Assembly (NCBI GenBank): GCA_963785235.1
Contig: CAWAUM010000009.1
Span: 14,069-78,068 of the forward strand
Length of the DNA: 64,000 nt
Direction of reading: 5' to 3'
Source: an uncultured delta proteobacterium
GTDB taxonomy: Bacteria; Desulfobacterota; Desulfomonilia; UBA1062
Under the pieces are notes generated by a model. The model made no database searches. It was not told where the DNA came from and was given only the letters and a program-made list of their open reading frames with translations. Position numbers and translations under genes: made by a program. Below, piece by piece: positions 31,387-42,304 of this stretch. The first letter of the stretch is position 1. Each line of letters begins with the position of its first letter.

Positions 31387-32436
31387 ATGCCCATGACAGG
31401 CCTCTCAGAGGTTCCATCCACCCTTCTCAAGGCAATGACATCCATGGAAAAGGCCATGAGAAGACTCCACCCCCTTGCCATCCCTGCGCTCAAGGAACAG
31501 CTCCTTGCACATGAAGAACCCCTCAAGACAGTACGGCATATCCTCATGACTCAAGACAGCCCTGCCTCGGATGCGCATACCCGGCAGGTCTTCACACGTG
31601 CCTACACACTCATTGAGGATTCCATCAGGCTCTTCGGCACAGGCGACGATGCCACCCAGACCTTCATGTCTGTTCTGAAGGCCATGAGAAAGCATTGCCA
31701 GGCCCAGGAAGCGCTCTTTGATCTCTGCGATGGCTTTCCCCGGATCAACCGGTACTTCCTCGAAGGGGAACCGGTCCCGGAGCAGTACCACTCCAGCCCG
31801 GCAAAACCCGGCTATTTCACTCCACCGGCGACCAGGAACCATATGCCCGTGGCGGGTACTCCCTCTTTGTGCCGGAATCCTACGAGCCCTGATCATCCCT
31901 TGCCGCTGGTTGTGGCACTGCACGGGGGCTATGGCCACGGCAGGGACTTTCTCTGGACCTGGCTGCGTGAGGCCCGAAGCAGAGGTTTTATCCTCATGGC
32001 CCCGTCCTCCATAGGAAGGACCTGGTCAATTGCGGATATACCCATGGATGCACGGCAGTTGATCCGGCATGTGGAAGAGGTATGCTCCCGCTTCACGATT
32101 GATGCAAACCGCATACTCCTGACCGGCATGTCCGACGGCGGGACCTTTGCCCTGGGCTTCGGGTTTCAGGGGGACTGCCCGGCAAAGGCCATTGCGCCGG
32201 TATCCTGCGTGCTGCCGCCTGTCAACCTCGGTCTTGCGGGAGACAGGCGTATCTACTGGGTGCATGGCGCACAGGACTGGATGTTCCCGGTGGGCCGGGC
32301 CGTAACGGCATGCAAGGAGATTTCTTCAGCAGGCGCGGACGTGAGGCTCAAGATCGTGCCGGACCTCTCCCATGCCTACCCGCGCGAGGAGAACGATGCT
32401 ATCCTCAGGTGGTTTGACCCTGCGCTTGCCTTGTGA
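31387..32436 (+). CDS. Phospholipase/carboxylesterase-type alpha/beta hydrolase
   Basis: PLVVALHGG, GMSDGG nucleophile elbow, HGAQDWMFP, DLSHAYP. Confidence 0.85.
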   Translation: MPMTGLSEVPSTLLKAMTSMEKAMRRLHPLAIPALKEQLLAHEEPLKTVRHILMTQDSPASDAHTRQVFTRAYTLIEDSIRLFGTGDDATQTFMSVLKAMRKHCQAQEALFDLCDGFPRINRYFLEGEPVPEQYHSSPAKPGYFTPPATRNHMPVAGTPSLCRNPTSPDHPLPLVVALHGGYGHGRDFLWTWLREARSRGFILMAPSSIGRTWSIADIPMDARQLIRHVEEVCSRFTIDANRILLTGMSDGGTFALGFGFQGDCPAKAIAPVSCVLPPVNLGLAGDRRIYWVHGAQDWMFPVGRAVTACKEISSAGADVRLKIVPDLSHAYPREENDAILRWFDPALAL

Positions 32437-32452
32437 AAGCAACCTGGTAGAA

Positions 32453-32668
32453 ACTTGGCGTTTAAGAAGCGTAAAAACCTTTTCCGTTCAAAACCTTTAT
32501 CTTGCAGCCCATGAGGACAGCAGATTTTATCAGTCCTTCAGGGCTGCAAGATAAAGGTTTTGAACGGACCTATTAAAAAAAAGCAATACCATGGTCGTAA
32601 TGAGTTCTCTACTTAAGGCCACCTGAAGCGCATAGAGCATTATAGGTACATTCAATTGCAAAATCCGG
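32453..32668 (-). repeat. Dispersed hairpin element, full copy; loop A
   Basis: Perfect 28-bp arms TCCGTTCAAAACCTTTATCTTGCAGCCC / GGGCTGCAAGATAAAGGTTTTGAACGGA (32483-32568). Confidence 0.92.
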
Positions 32669-32729
32669 CATACATGGTATCATCCATATCCTTGTCTCTA
32701 ATGCTTAAGCCATGAGGGAATGACAGGTT

Positions 32730-33224
32730 ATGAAACAACCCACAAAGATTAAATTTTTCGCCGTGGGCGGCACCATCGACAAGGTGTACTTCGATCGCCT
32801 GAGCACCTACAAGGTGGGTGAGCCGGGCGTGGCCGATATCCTCAGGGAAGCCAATGTGGGCTTCGAATACGACTGCGAGTCCATCCTGCGCAAGGACAGC
32901 CTGAACATGACCGAGAAGGACAGGCAGCTTGTGTTTGATCGTGTGGCGGCAGAGGAGACCAGGCACATCGTCATCACCCACGGCACGGACACCATGGTCA
33001 AGACCGCGAAAAAGCTCAAAGGTATTCATGACAAAGTCATCGTGCTGACCGGCGCCATGCAGCCTGCCCTGTTCAAGCTGAGTGATGCCGGATTTAACAT
33101 CGGTGCTGCTGTGGCCGCCGTCCAGCTCCTGCCGGATGGCGTCTATATTGTCATGAATGGTTGCGCCTTCGATCCTGACCGGGTGAAGAAGAACCGGAAG
33201 CTGCACCGCTTCGAGGAGAAGTAG
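32730..33224 (+). CDS. Short asparaginase-domain protein
   Basis: GGTIDK, KDSL, ITHGTDTM, VLTGAMQP. Confidence 0.9.
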   Translation: MKQPTKIKFFAVGGTIDKVYFDRLSTYKVGEPGVADILREANVGFEYDCESILRKDSLNMTEKDRQLVFDRVAAEETRHIVITHGTDTMVKTAKKLKGIHDKVIVLTGAMQPALFKLSDAGFNIGAAVAAVQLLPDGVYIVMNGCAFDPDRVKKNRKLHRFEEK

Positions 33225-33228
33225 ATAC

Positions 33229-33870
33229 GTGCTGGCCTTCATCACCATCATGGCCACTTCCTTTGTCATTGCCTTTTCGGGTGCGGCCATGCCCGGCCCC
33301 TTGATGAGCGTCACCATAAGCGAGAGCGTGAAAAGGGGTTTTATCACAGGGCCGCTGCTCGTCCTGGGACATGCGATCCTCGAACTTGGCCTGGTGCTCC
33401 TGCTCATGTACGGCCTGGCGCCTTTTCTCAAACAGGACTGGGTCTTTGCGGCAATTGCCATCATCGGCGGGGTCATGCTGGGCATCATGGGCACCGGGAT
33501 GCTCCGGTCCATTCCATCTTTGAGTATCCATGCGGATATGCCAAAGACACAGGGGTCTCACCTTGTTCTTGCCGGGATGCTCATCAGCATTTCGAGCCCT
33601 TACTGGAGCCTGTGGTGGGCAACCATAGGGCTCGGATATGTCCTGTTCAGTGCGCAATATGGGGTCCTGGGGATTGTTTTTTTCTTCATCGGACACTGCC
33701 TGGGGGATCTTGTCTGGTACAGCGCCATATCACTGGCAATGGCCAGGGGGAGGCGATTCCTGAGTGACAGACACTACCGGGCACTCATCGGCACCTGCGG
33801 GGTCTTCCTGCTTCTGCTTGCGGTCTATTTTACCTGCAGCGGCATAACAAAAGTCTTTTCACTGGTATAA
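33229..33870 (+). CDS. LysE family translocator
   Basis: SGAAMPGP, GHAILE, SPYWSLWWATIG; multiple TM segments. Confidence 0.9.
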   Translation: MLAFITIMATSFVIAFSGAAMPGPLMSVTISESVKRGFITGPLLVLGHAILELGLVLLLMYGLAPFLKQDWVFAAIAIIGGVMLGIMGTGMLRSIPSLSIHADMPKTQGSHLVLAGMLISISSPYWSLWWATIGLGYVLFSAQYGVLGIVFFFIGHCLGDLVWYSAISLAMARGRRFLSDRHYRALIGTCGVFLLLLAVYFTCSGITKVFSLV

Positions 33871-33918
33871 CTGAAAGACTCATGCCAGCAAAAGTTTATC
33901 ATGGCAAGAAAAGATTGA

Positions 33919-33969
33919 ACCGTAAAAATGTGTTGAGTTCCTCCGAGGAACTCAGCACATTTTTACGGT
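33919..33969. repeat. Near-perfect 51-bp intergenic palindrome
   Basis: ACCGTAAAAATGTGTTGAGTTCCT-CCG-AGGAACTCAGCACATTTTTACGGT (one G.T pair). Confidence 0.85.
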
Positions 33970-34011
33970 CTAAGAAGACCAGGTATGCATTCTATACAAG
34001 GGAGGGATGGT

Positions 34012-34709
34012 ATGGTGATGAATAATGGCATGAAGAGGCCATTCATCCCTGCAGGCATAATCGGCATCTGTGTGATCATAACCAGCATAATCCTGCTCGT
34101 AATATTTCCAGGCCGCGGCCCGAAACTTCCTGAGGGCTTCATCACCCCCATCATCGCCTTCGAGTTCATCCAGACCCCTCAGGAGGTAATGGACCTGTTC
34201 GGCCAGACAGGATCACGCTGGAGAGCAGGATCTGATCAGGGCCATGAACCTGGGCAACCGGATCGATTTCCTTTACATGGGACTCTATACCGCCTTCCTG
34301 TTCGTGTTCTGTCAGAGGGCGGCATTTATCACAGGAAGAAAGGGTTACTACCTGGGGTGCTTCCTGGCACCCGTGATACTTGCAGGTGATTTCCTTGAAA
34401 ATCTCCAGCTCCTGGGCATAACCTCCCGGCTCGGCAGTGGCGGTTTCGAGCATCAGCTTGCCCTGCTCAAGGTCTTTACCTGGCAGAAATGGGGAGGGAT
34501 TACCCTGATCTTCCTTGATCCTGCTGCCTTTTTTTCTCAAGGGCGGCATCCTGTCGAGGGTCATTGCAGCATGCTCTGCAGTAGCTGCGTGCTTATGCGT
34601 CGCAGCATTTTTTCATCCAGGCATGGCAAACGAACTATTTTCCCTGTCCGTGGCAGTTGTTTTTCTGCTCATGATTTCTTATTCTTTTCTCTATCAACAT
34701 TCTCAGTAG
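34012..34709 (+). CDS. Hypothetical membrane protein (apparent indels)
   Basis: Hydrophobic segments across three frames (PIIAFEF, NRIDFLYM, DFLEN). Confidence 0.55.
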
Positions 34710-34786
34710 CTCTTCATGAAGGCAGCCGGAGATCACTGACAATGACAGGGAAGAATCGACCCCAGTCCAAAGAGAGGAGACAAGGC

Positions 34787-35691
34787 ATGAAAGACAAGGC
34801 CATGGTCATGGCATCCTTTGCCGCAGACTCACTGGCTCTCGGTGCCCACTGGATCTATTCAACCGATAAGATTGCCCGGGATTTCGGCCGCATCGAGACC
34901 TTTCTGGCCCCTGACCCCGACTCCTACCATGCAACGAAGAAAAAAGGTGAATTCACCCATTATGGCGACCAGGCCTTTGTGCTCCTGGAGTCTCTCGCTG
35001 CCCGGGGCGGTTTTGATCCGGAAAATTTCTCAAGGCTCTGGCAGCAGCTCTTTGCCGGATATAAGGGCTACTATGACCAGGCCACCAAGGCCACCCTTGA
35101 GAACCTCTCTTTAGGTAAGACTTTCCTTGAAGCCGGTTCATCCTCCAACGACCTCTCCGGCGCTGTGCGCATAGCACCCCTGGTTTACTGCCTTGACCAG
35201 GATGAGGAGGGACCTCGTCCTGGCTGCAAGGACCCAGACGGACATGACCCATAGAGACAGCCTGAGCGTTGATGCAAGCGGATTTTTCGCCCGCGTGGCA
35301 TACCGGGTGCTGCATGGAATGAGCCCGGTATCCGCCATTGAGGAGGTGAGCAGCGCCTTTTTTAAAGGCTCGCGGCTTCAATTGTGGGCGGAAAAAGGGC
35401 ATTGAATCGTGCTCGGGAGAGAGCGTGCAGGCCATCAAGGCCTTTGGCCAGGACTGCCATACCCCGGATGCCTTCCCCAGTGTCATTCATCTTATCTGCC
35501 GGTATGAAACCGACCTGAAGGAGGCCCTGGTCCAGAACGTTATGGCCGGCGGTGACTCTGCCGCACGGGGCATGGCCGTGGGGATGATCCTTGGCGCACA
35601 CCTGGGCATGGAGGCAATACCCGCCGAGTGGATAAAAGGATTGAAGAAGGGACCTGAGATCGAGAGACTCCTGGGCAGGATACACGGATGA
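34787..35691 (+). CDS. ADP-ribosylglycohydrolase family protein (apparent indels)
   Basis: ADSLALGAHW, FTHYGDQ, MTH, NVMAGGDSAARG..IPAEW. Confidence 0.85.
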
Positions 35692-35709
35692 TCCATGTGG
35701 CTTTGGATT

Positions 35710-35933
35710 AACCCGGGTTTTGCGTTTGAAGACGCGTAAAAACCTGATCCGTTCAAATCAGTCATCTTGCAGCCTTTGCGGAAGGCTCATTATCTCGGTT
35801 CTTTAAGGCTGCAAGATGACTGATTTGAACGGACCTATTTTTAAAAACAATTCCATGGTCACTAATAGTGTTATGCTTACAACCACCAGAGATAAATGGG
35901 GCAATTATGGGTACATCTAAACGCAAAATCCGG
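35710..35933 (-). repeat. Dispersed hairpin element, full copy; loop A
   Basis: Perfect 29-bp arms TCCGTTCAAATCAGTCATCTTGCAGCCTT / AAGGCTGCAAGATGACTGATTTGAACGGA (35748-35833); outer IR CCGGGTTTTGCGTTT / AAACGCAAAATCCGG. Confidence 0.93.
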
Positions 35934-35946
35934 CATCAATAACATT

Positions 35947-37291
35947 ATGGCTCAATCCCTCCATCTTACCACCGACCCCATCCCAAAACTCATCCGTGCC
36001 ATCTCCATTCCCGCGAGCATCGGCTTCTTCTTCAACACCATGTTCAACGTGGTGGACACCTATTTTGCCGGCCTCATCTCCACCCAGGCCCTGGCGGCAC
36101 TGTCCCTTTCGTTCCCGGTATTCTTCATCATCATCTCGTTCGGTTCGGGCATCTCCACCGGGACTACCGCCTTGATTGCAACGGCCATAGGGGCCAGGGA
36201 TATGCCCAGGGCAAAGATATTCGCCATCCAGGGCGTCGCCTTCGGGGTGCTGCTGTCAGTGGCGATCACCGCCGTCGGCATCCTGGCCTCCCCGTGGCTG
36301 TTTTCCCTGCTGGGTGCAGCAGGACCATACCTTGACATGTGCCTGGTCTACATGAACACCATCTTCCTGGGCTCGGTCTTCTTCATCATGAATTTCATGC
36401 TGAACGCCATCCTCAATGCACTGGGTGACACCCGCTCGTTCAGGAATTTTCTCATAGCCGGATGCCTCCTCAACATGGCGCTCGATCCGTGGTTCATCTA
36501 CGGAGGCCTTGGGGTGCCTGCCATGGGGGTCATGGGCGTTGCATTGGCAACGGTGTTCATACAGGCGCTCGGCAGCATCTACCTGGGGTATAAGGTATCG
36601 CTCACCGAGCTTGCATGCGACAGGTGTTTCAGCGAGATCATCCCCAGGGTCGATGCCTTCCGGGAGATCTTCAAACAGGGGTTCCCCACGAGCCTGAATT
36701 CCATATCCGTGGGTATCGGGATATTCGTGATCACCTACTTTATCAGTCATCTTCGGCAAGGAGGCTATAGCGGCCTACGGGGTTGCGACCAGGGTGGAGC
36801 AGATCATCCTTATGCCCACCATCGGCCTGAGCGTCGCAACAGTCACCATGGTGGCCCAGAACAGCGGGGCGCGGTTGTACGGCAGGATCTTCGAGACGGT
36901 CCAGACCGCCCTGAAGTATGGCGGCATATTCATGGCCTTCGGCACCCTGGCACTTCTCGTGTTCGCAGGACCACTCATGAGTCTGTTCAGCACAGACGCT
37001 CAGGTGATTGCCATCGGGACCCTTTACTTGCGCATTTCTGCATTTATCCTCTATGCCTATGTGGTGCTTTACGTGAACGTTTCCGCGCTCCAGGGTGTGA
37101 AGAGACCCGCATACGGCCTGTATATCGGCATTGTCCGGCAGATAGCCCTGCCCGTGGTGATCTTTCCCTTCTTTTCGAAACTTCTGGGCATGGGGCTTAC
37201 AGGCATCTGGATAGGTATCTTTGTCATCAACTGGGGTGCTGCGGTCTTCACGTTCTTCTATGCGCGGACCTATCTGAAGCGGCTGGCTTAA
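35947..37291 (+). CDS. MATE family efflux transporter (apparent indel near 36750)
   Basis: NVVDTYF, ALAAL, GDTR..NMALDPWFI, VAQNSGA. Confidence 0.9.
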
Positions 37292-37339
37292 TATTATGAG
37301 ACCACTGTAGAACCTTCCAAGCATTTTGTTGCGATATCA

Positions 37340-37402
37340 AAAAACCTTACCGTTCAAAACATGCATCTCGGTGAAGCCGAGATGCATGTTTTGAACGGTC
37401 CA
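37340..37402. repeat. Mini-variant of the hairpin element (inner arm and loop replaced)
   Basis: Perfect 23-bp arms ACCGTTCAAAACATGCATCTCGG-TGAAG-CCGAGATGCATGTTTTGAACGGT (37349-37399), preceded by AAAAACCTT as in the short flank. Confidence 0.85.
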
Positions 37403-37570
37403 ATTTTTGGTTTTCATCTCAGAGATTTAAGGTTATGCAAGGGTCTTATATATCACCTTCGCTATCGCCTCTTTGATTGCATCATGACATCCTGACCAAA
37501 ATACGCTATATCACAGGAGCAGCCACGAACCCAAAGGTTGCGTTATTTTCATAAAGAGCAGGAGGAAACA

Positions 37571-38330
37571 ATGCTGAACGAGAAGATCGAAGACGGAATC
37601 ATCATCGCGACGTTCGAAAACGGAAAGACGAATTCCCTTACTCTGGATATGCTCAGGGGACTGAGGGGCAATGGTGAAGAGGGCCAATGAGGATTATGCT
37701 ATCAAGGGTATTATCCTCACAGGCGCAGGCAGGACATTCTGCAGCGGGTTCGACCTCCCCATGTTCATGGGGTTCAAGGATATCAAAGAGGTCGGTGACT
37801 TCTTTGACGAAGTTGAAGAAATCCTTGTGGAGCTTTTCATGTGCCATAAACCGGTTGTCTCTGCCATAAACGGGCATGCCATTGCAGGCGGGCTCATCTT
37901 TGCCATGGCAAGCGACTACCGTATCGTCAAGAACCACCCCAAGATCACCATCGGCATGTCCGAGATCAAGCTGGGTCTGGCGCTTACCATAGCCCAGTCC
38001 GAGATCATGAGGTTCGGGTATGACACGAACAAGAAGTTCCGCGACCTCATGTACTTCGGCAGGATGTTCGATATCAACGCTGCCAAGGAATATGACATCG
38101 TGGATGAGATCGTGGAAGAGGCGGACCTCATCCCCAGGGCAAAGAAGATCGTTTCAAAGTGGATAGACAACCCGGGCAGGGCATTCATAAAGCTCAAGGA
38201 AGGCCTGAAGAAACCCACTGCGGACAGGATCAGAAAGAGACTTGCAGAAGAGGACTGGAAGCCGGGCTTCCAATGCTTCTTTGACAAGGACGTAAGAGGG
38301 GCCATCGAGTTCGTGATGGCCATGATGTAA
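37571..38330 (+). CDS. Enoyl-CoA hydratase/isomerase family protein (apparent indel near 37660)
   Basis: GGAGG RBS then MLNEKIEDG; FCSGFDL, KPVVSAINGHAIAGG, MSEIKLG. Confidence 0.88.
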
Positions 38331-38400
38331 GTATTTCCCGGGGGGGTGCCCCGGGGCATCATGCCGGGTGCCCTTTTTAGGGCCCCGGCATTTCATACTC

Positions 38401-38826
38401 ATGATACGGATCAACAGTTACCTTACCATTGAAGAAGACGACCTCCGCTGGGACTTTGTCCGTTCAGGCGGGCCCGGCGGCCAGAACGTCAACAAGGTGG
38501 CAACCGCAGTCCAGCTCAGGTTCGATGTCACGGGCTGCGCATCCCTGCCCCAGGAAATCAAGGAGCGCCTGAAGCGGCTTGCAGGCAAACGCATGACCAC
38601 AGAGGGCGTGCTCATCATCAAGGCCCAGCGCTTCAGGTCCCAGGAACGCAACCGCACCGATGCGCTTGAGCGCCTGCAGGAGATCATTGCACAGGCTGCC
38701 AGTAAACCCAGGCACAGGATCAGGACACGGCCCAGCGCATCGTCGCGGATAGCGCGCCTGGAATCGAAGCACAAGATGGCTGCAAAAAAGGGCATGCGTC
38801 ATACCGTGGTGCATGAGGATTCATAA
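38401..38826 (+). CDS. arfB: Alternative ribosome-rescue peptidyl-tRNA hydrolase
   Basis: RSGGPGGQNVNKVATAV (GGQ), RSQERN, basic C-tail. Confidence 0.93.
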   Translation: MIRINSYLTIEEDDLRWDFVRSGGPGGQNVNKVATAVQLRFDVTGCASLPQEIKERLKRLAGKRMTTEGVLIIKAQRFRSQERNRTDALERLQEIIAQAASKPRHRIRTRPSASSRIARLESKHKMAAKKGMRHTVVHEDS

Positions 38827-39331
38827 GTTTAATCATGACTCCAGGACATTGAGATCGTCCAGGCAGGGCCGGCAGATGCCGGAACTCGCCTCTTCCATCA
38901 TGCTGGAAGTGGCCGAGTGGCTCAAAGGGCAGGGGCAGACCCTCTGGTTCCCCGAAGAGCTCACACCGGAAAAACTCATGGGCCATATCCATGCGGGTGA
39001 GCTTTACCTGGTGATGATGCAGGGCAGCCCGGTGGGCACCGTGATCTTCCAGCTCCATGACAAGACCTTCTGGCCCGACATGCCCGAAGGTGATGCCGCC
39101 TATATCCACAAGGTTATTTTGAGAAGGTCGGTGGCAGGGAAGGGCCTGGGCGTGCAGATCATTGCCTGGGCAAAAGAAAAGGCCCGCAGCATAGGCATGG
39201 CATATCTGAGGCTCGACACCGAGGCTGCCCGGACAAAGCTCTGCGAACTCTACGAGTCAGCGGGGTTCACCCGCCACAGCTTCCGGCAGGTGGGAAGGCA
39301 TTATGTCATAAGATATGAGATGAGGGTTTGA
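38813..39331 (+). CDS. GNAT acetyltransferase
   Basis: YIHK..AGKGLG, LRLDT..KL..LYESAGF. Confidence 0.88.
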   Translation: MRIHKFNHDSRTLRSSRQGRQMPELASSIMLEVAEWLKGQGQTLWFPEELTPEKLMGHIHAGELYLVMMQGSPVGTVIFQLHDKTFWPDMPEGDAAYIHKVILRRSVAGKGLGVQIIAWAKEKARSIGMAYLRLDTEAARTKLCELYESAGFTRHSFRQVGRHYVIRYEMRV

Positions 39332-40233
39332 CCCGGTTCATCCCTGCTATGAGCCTGACCTGGGCGATGAGGTTGGTAAGGTAGGCGCTGCGCTCCTGCA
39401 TGATGACGCCCCGCTCGTCGTAATCCTTTCTCGCCATGGTCAAGGTGGCCTGCTCCATGTCGCCGTGGGCCTGGTCGAGGTAGGACTCGATGAGCGTGCG
39501 GAAGACATGGCGTGGCGTCGAGGGAGCTGCGGAGGAAGTCGGCTGCATCGTCATCCGTGAAGACCCAGCCGTGGCCCAGGCACAGGCACTGTGGCCGCAG
39601 TGATATGATCTTTTCCAGTGACGTGATGTAGTCGTCATAGGAGTTGAGGAAGCATGCCTGGATGCCGTCGCCTTCCCTGCCCTCGGGAACACCGGCTGCC
39701 TCGCCTGTGAAGATGGCCTTGATCTCGGGGAAATAGAAAGCGAGGGAATCCCTTGTGTGGCCCGGCACCTCGTAGACCCGGCAGGTGAGTCCGCCCAGGC
39801 CGATCTCGTCGCCGTCTTTCAGGACATGCTCGGTGGCCATGGGCGTGATGGTGACGTCCTCGTCACCGGTGATGTCCTTGAAAAAACCGCGCTGGGCATC
39901 GCTCAGACGGTTCATCATGGCAATGACCGAATCTTTGTGCATGAGGGCGCTCACGCGCTCGTGCGCACCGAGGCCCAGGCCGGGTATCATGCGCTTCAGG
40001 TACGGGACCGCGCCCAGGTGGTCGTAGTGGGAATGGGTGACGAAGAGAAGGTCGAGCTTTTGCGAATCTCCCAGGATGGCATTGATATCCTTCATGTAGA
40101 GCGGGCCCATGAGGTTCATGCCTGCCTCGACCATGAGGCTCTTATCCCTGCCCTGCATCACATAGCCGGGATAGTACGGGTTGCCTGCCACATGGATGTG
40201 GTCATTGATGCGTCCTGTTGCGAGCTGCTTCAT
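39306..40233 (-). CDS. MBL-fold metallo-hydrolase (apparent indel near C-terminus)
   Basis: THSHYDHLG, PGHT, CLGHG. Confidence 0.88.
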
Positions 40234-40307
40234 GGCGTTTACTCTCCTGGAGGAATTCTTATAGAGCAATCAATGTACTATTGAAATCAATTCATCGGAA
40301 GAACAGA

Positions 40308-40366
40308 GCCGAACGACACGCATCACCGGCGGCGTAAGCCGTCCGGTGGAGATGCGATGGTTGGCC
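40308..40366 (-). mobile_element. Integron attC site closing the TA cassette
   Basis: Minus strand GGCCAAC-CATCGCATCTCCACCGGACGGCTTACGCCGCCGGTGATGCGTGTC-GTTCGGC, 59 bp, starting 1 nt after the antitoxin stop codon. Confidence 0.75.
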
Positions 40367-40367
40367 C

Positions 40368-40649
40368 TTATTTTGTTGTTCCTTCAAACAACGTGCCGTT
40401 TATGAATTTGTGGATGATGCTTGATACATACGTCTGGTACGGAAGGCCTTCCTTAACCGCTTTTCTCTGTAGTTCAAGGAGGTCTCTTTCAGAAATCCGT
40501 ATGTTTAGCCTCTTGTCCTTTCTTAAGGTGTTACGGGCGTACTCAACCAACTCTTTCTTTCTATTCGCAAGGTTTGTAACAGGAACCCATTCACCTTTCT
40601 CGAAGCTATCAAGTATTTCCTTTTCTTCTTTCGTTAGTTTAGTCTTCAT
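40368..40649 (-). CDS. Putative antitoxin (RHH/CopG-like)
   Basis: LTKEEKEILDSFEKGEW..KDKRLNIRISERDL..AVKEGLPYQT. Confidence 0.8.
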   Translation of the reverse strand: MKTKLTKEEKEILDSFEKGEWVPVTNLANRKKELVEYARNTLRKDKRLNIRISERDLLELQRKAVKEGLPYQTYVSSIIHKFINGTLFEGTTK

Positions 40650-40923
40650 GTTTTTCTCCAAAATATCGTTGAGTTGCCTTCCTGCTCGGAATAATCGTTT
40701 TCAGAAATAACTCTTCCTCATTCTCAATATAGGGTACGAGATAGGCGTAATTGGCAACACCTATGACCATGATTCGTTGTCCGGGGTATGCCTGCTGGTT
40801 GGGATGTAAATAATCGTCCAATATGTCACCCCTTTCAATATAGAAAACCACATCCTCGAAACAGATTCCCCGTGACGCTTTGAGAACCACACTCTTTTCT
40901 GTGTTCCAGTTTATGCTTTTCAT
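40639..40923 (-). CDS. Putative toxin (BrnT-like)
   Basis: INWNTEKS..RGICFE..HPN..YAYLVPY..FLKTIIPSRKAT; overlaps the antitoxin. Confidence 0.8.
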   Translation of the reverse strand: MKSINWNTEKSVVLKASRGICFEDVVFYIERGDILDDYLHPNQQAYPGQRIMVIGVANYAYLVPYIENEEELFLKTIIPSRKATQRYFGEKHED

Positions 40924-40984
40924 TTATAAAGATTATCACAATGTGTGCAGTTTGGCAACATACTCATATCCTATATCTGCTCAT

Positions 40985-41045
40985 GGCCAACGGCAAGGGT
41001 CAGCCGCGCGGCTCTGCCGCGTCGGCCTGGATGCCATGGTTAGGC
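40985..41045 (-). mobile_element. Integron attC site
   Basis: Minus strand GCCTAAC (RYYYAAC)...GGCCGACGCGGCAGAGCCGCGCGGCTG...GTTGGCC, 61 bp imperfect palindrome. Confidence 0.8.
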
Positions 41046-41108
41046 GATATTGATCTCCGTGATTTATTTTGCATCTGGTACCAAGTTTTTTAAAATAGAT
41101 CCTTAATC

Positions 41109-41700
41109 TCAAATCGGTCCTTTATGAAGGAGCCAATTTTTTTCTTTAGTTGATCTAATTAACCTCAGTGTCGATAGTGATCTTTTGATTTCGGCCCGTA
41201 TCTGCCTCTCATCTGTTAATTCAATAGTTGTCAGTTGCGAATCACAGAATTGTTCCCAGGTTTTCCTGGCTTCGATTCTTAGCTCTTTTTCCAATAGTGG
41301 GTCTGGATCTAAAGGGAATTCAGCTTTGTTAATGCGTAGCTTTTTTGTTTCCTCTGGATCTCCATACTCGATCCTAATACGTTCTAGTAATGAAGTCCAA
41401 GCCCTTAGCCTTCTGCACTTGAAGCCGATGATCGCATTGAGGTCAGCGAACATAGAGTCATGAAACAAACAGATAATCCACCAGAATCCAGGAATGAGAG
41501 GATGTCTTCCGTTTTCCCCATGTATCCTCGGTCAACATCTCAGCAAGTCCAAGTGCGTCATTTTGTAGCTCATCGATAGCAACTTGAAGCCTTGATGGAA
41601 TGCGATGCTCATGAAGAATGCACTTCAGGCCACTGATGAATAGTTCACTGTGTTCTTCGAGTTTTAACAGGTTCCAATGCAATCGAACCAGCACTTCTCG
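41109..41700 (-). pseudogene. AT-rich hypothetical ORF(s), probably a broken or truncated cassette gene
   Basis: Overlapping ORFs 41109-41468 and 41458-41796 upstream of an attC; no family recognised. Confidence 0.4.
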
Positions 41701-41794
41701 TCCACAGCAGTTCCGGATAATGCGGATTGAGAATTGATTTCCTGCCACTATGTTACTAATATAGATAATAATCATCTTTTGAGGAGGAGAATGC

Positions 41795-42262
41795 ATGGAA
41801 CAGAAAAGGCTTGGAGATTATATCGATATCGCGATCCAGCGGGAGGAAGAGGCCTATGAATTCTACACGGGGCTCCTTTCGAATGTTACCGATGAAATTG
41901 CAAAGGATGCGTTGAAGCTCCTTGCAGGCGAGGAGAAGAAGCACAAGGCATTCCTTGTGAGTTACCGTGACGGGGGGCTCGGGAAAGATGTGCTTCGCAT
42001 GAACCACCCGGTTGATTATAAGGTTGCCGAGCATCTGGACAAACCGGATATCAACAAGGATATGAAATCCAAGGATGTCTTTCTGGTCGCCGCTTTCAGG
42101 GAGCTCAATTCCTACAACTTCTACAAAGGGATTGCCGATTTACACCCTGAAGGCGAGCTGAAGCAGGTCTTTCTTAAAATGGCCAGCGAAGAAATGAACC
42201 ACAAGGAAAAGGTCGAGTACCTCTACTCGAACGCATCCTTTGCCCAGACGGACGGCGGATAA
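41795..42262 (+). CDS. Ferritin-like / rubrerythrin-domain protein
   Basis: AIQREEEAYEFY, EEKKH, ELNSYNFY, EEMNH. Confidence 0.88.
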   Translation: MEQKRLGDYIDIAIQREEEAYEFYTGLLSNVTDEIAKDALKLLAGEEKKHKAFLVSYRDGGLGKDVLRMNHPVDYKVAEHLDKPDINKDMKSKDVFLVAAFRELNSYNFYKGIADLHPEGELKQVFLKMASEEMNHKEKVEYLYSNASFAQTDGG

Positions 42263-42304
42263 GCAGGACTGAGATTTTATTAAGCCGCGAGGATATACAG
42301 CACG

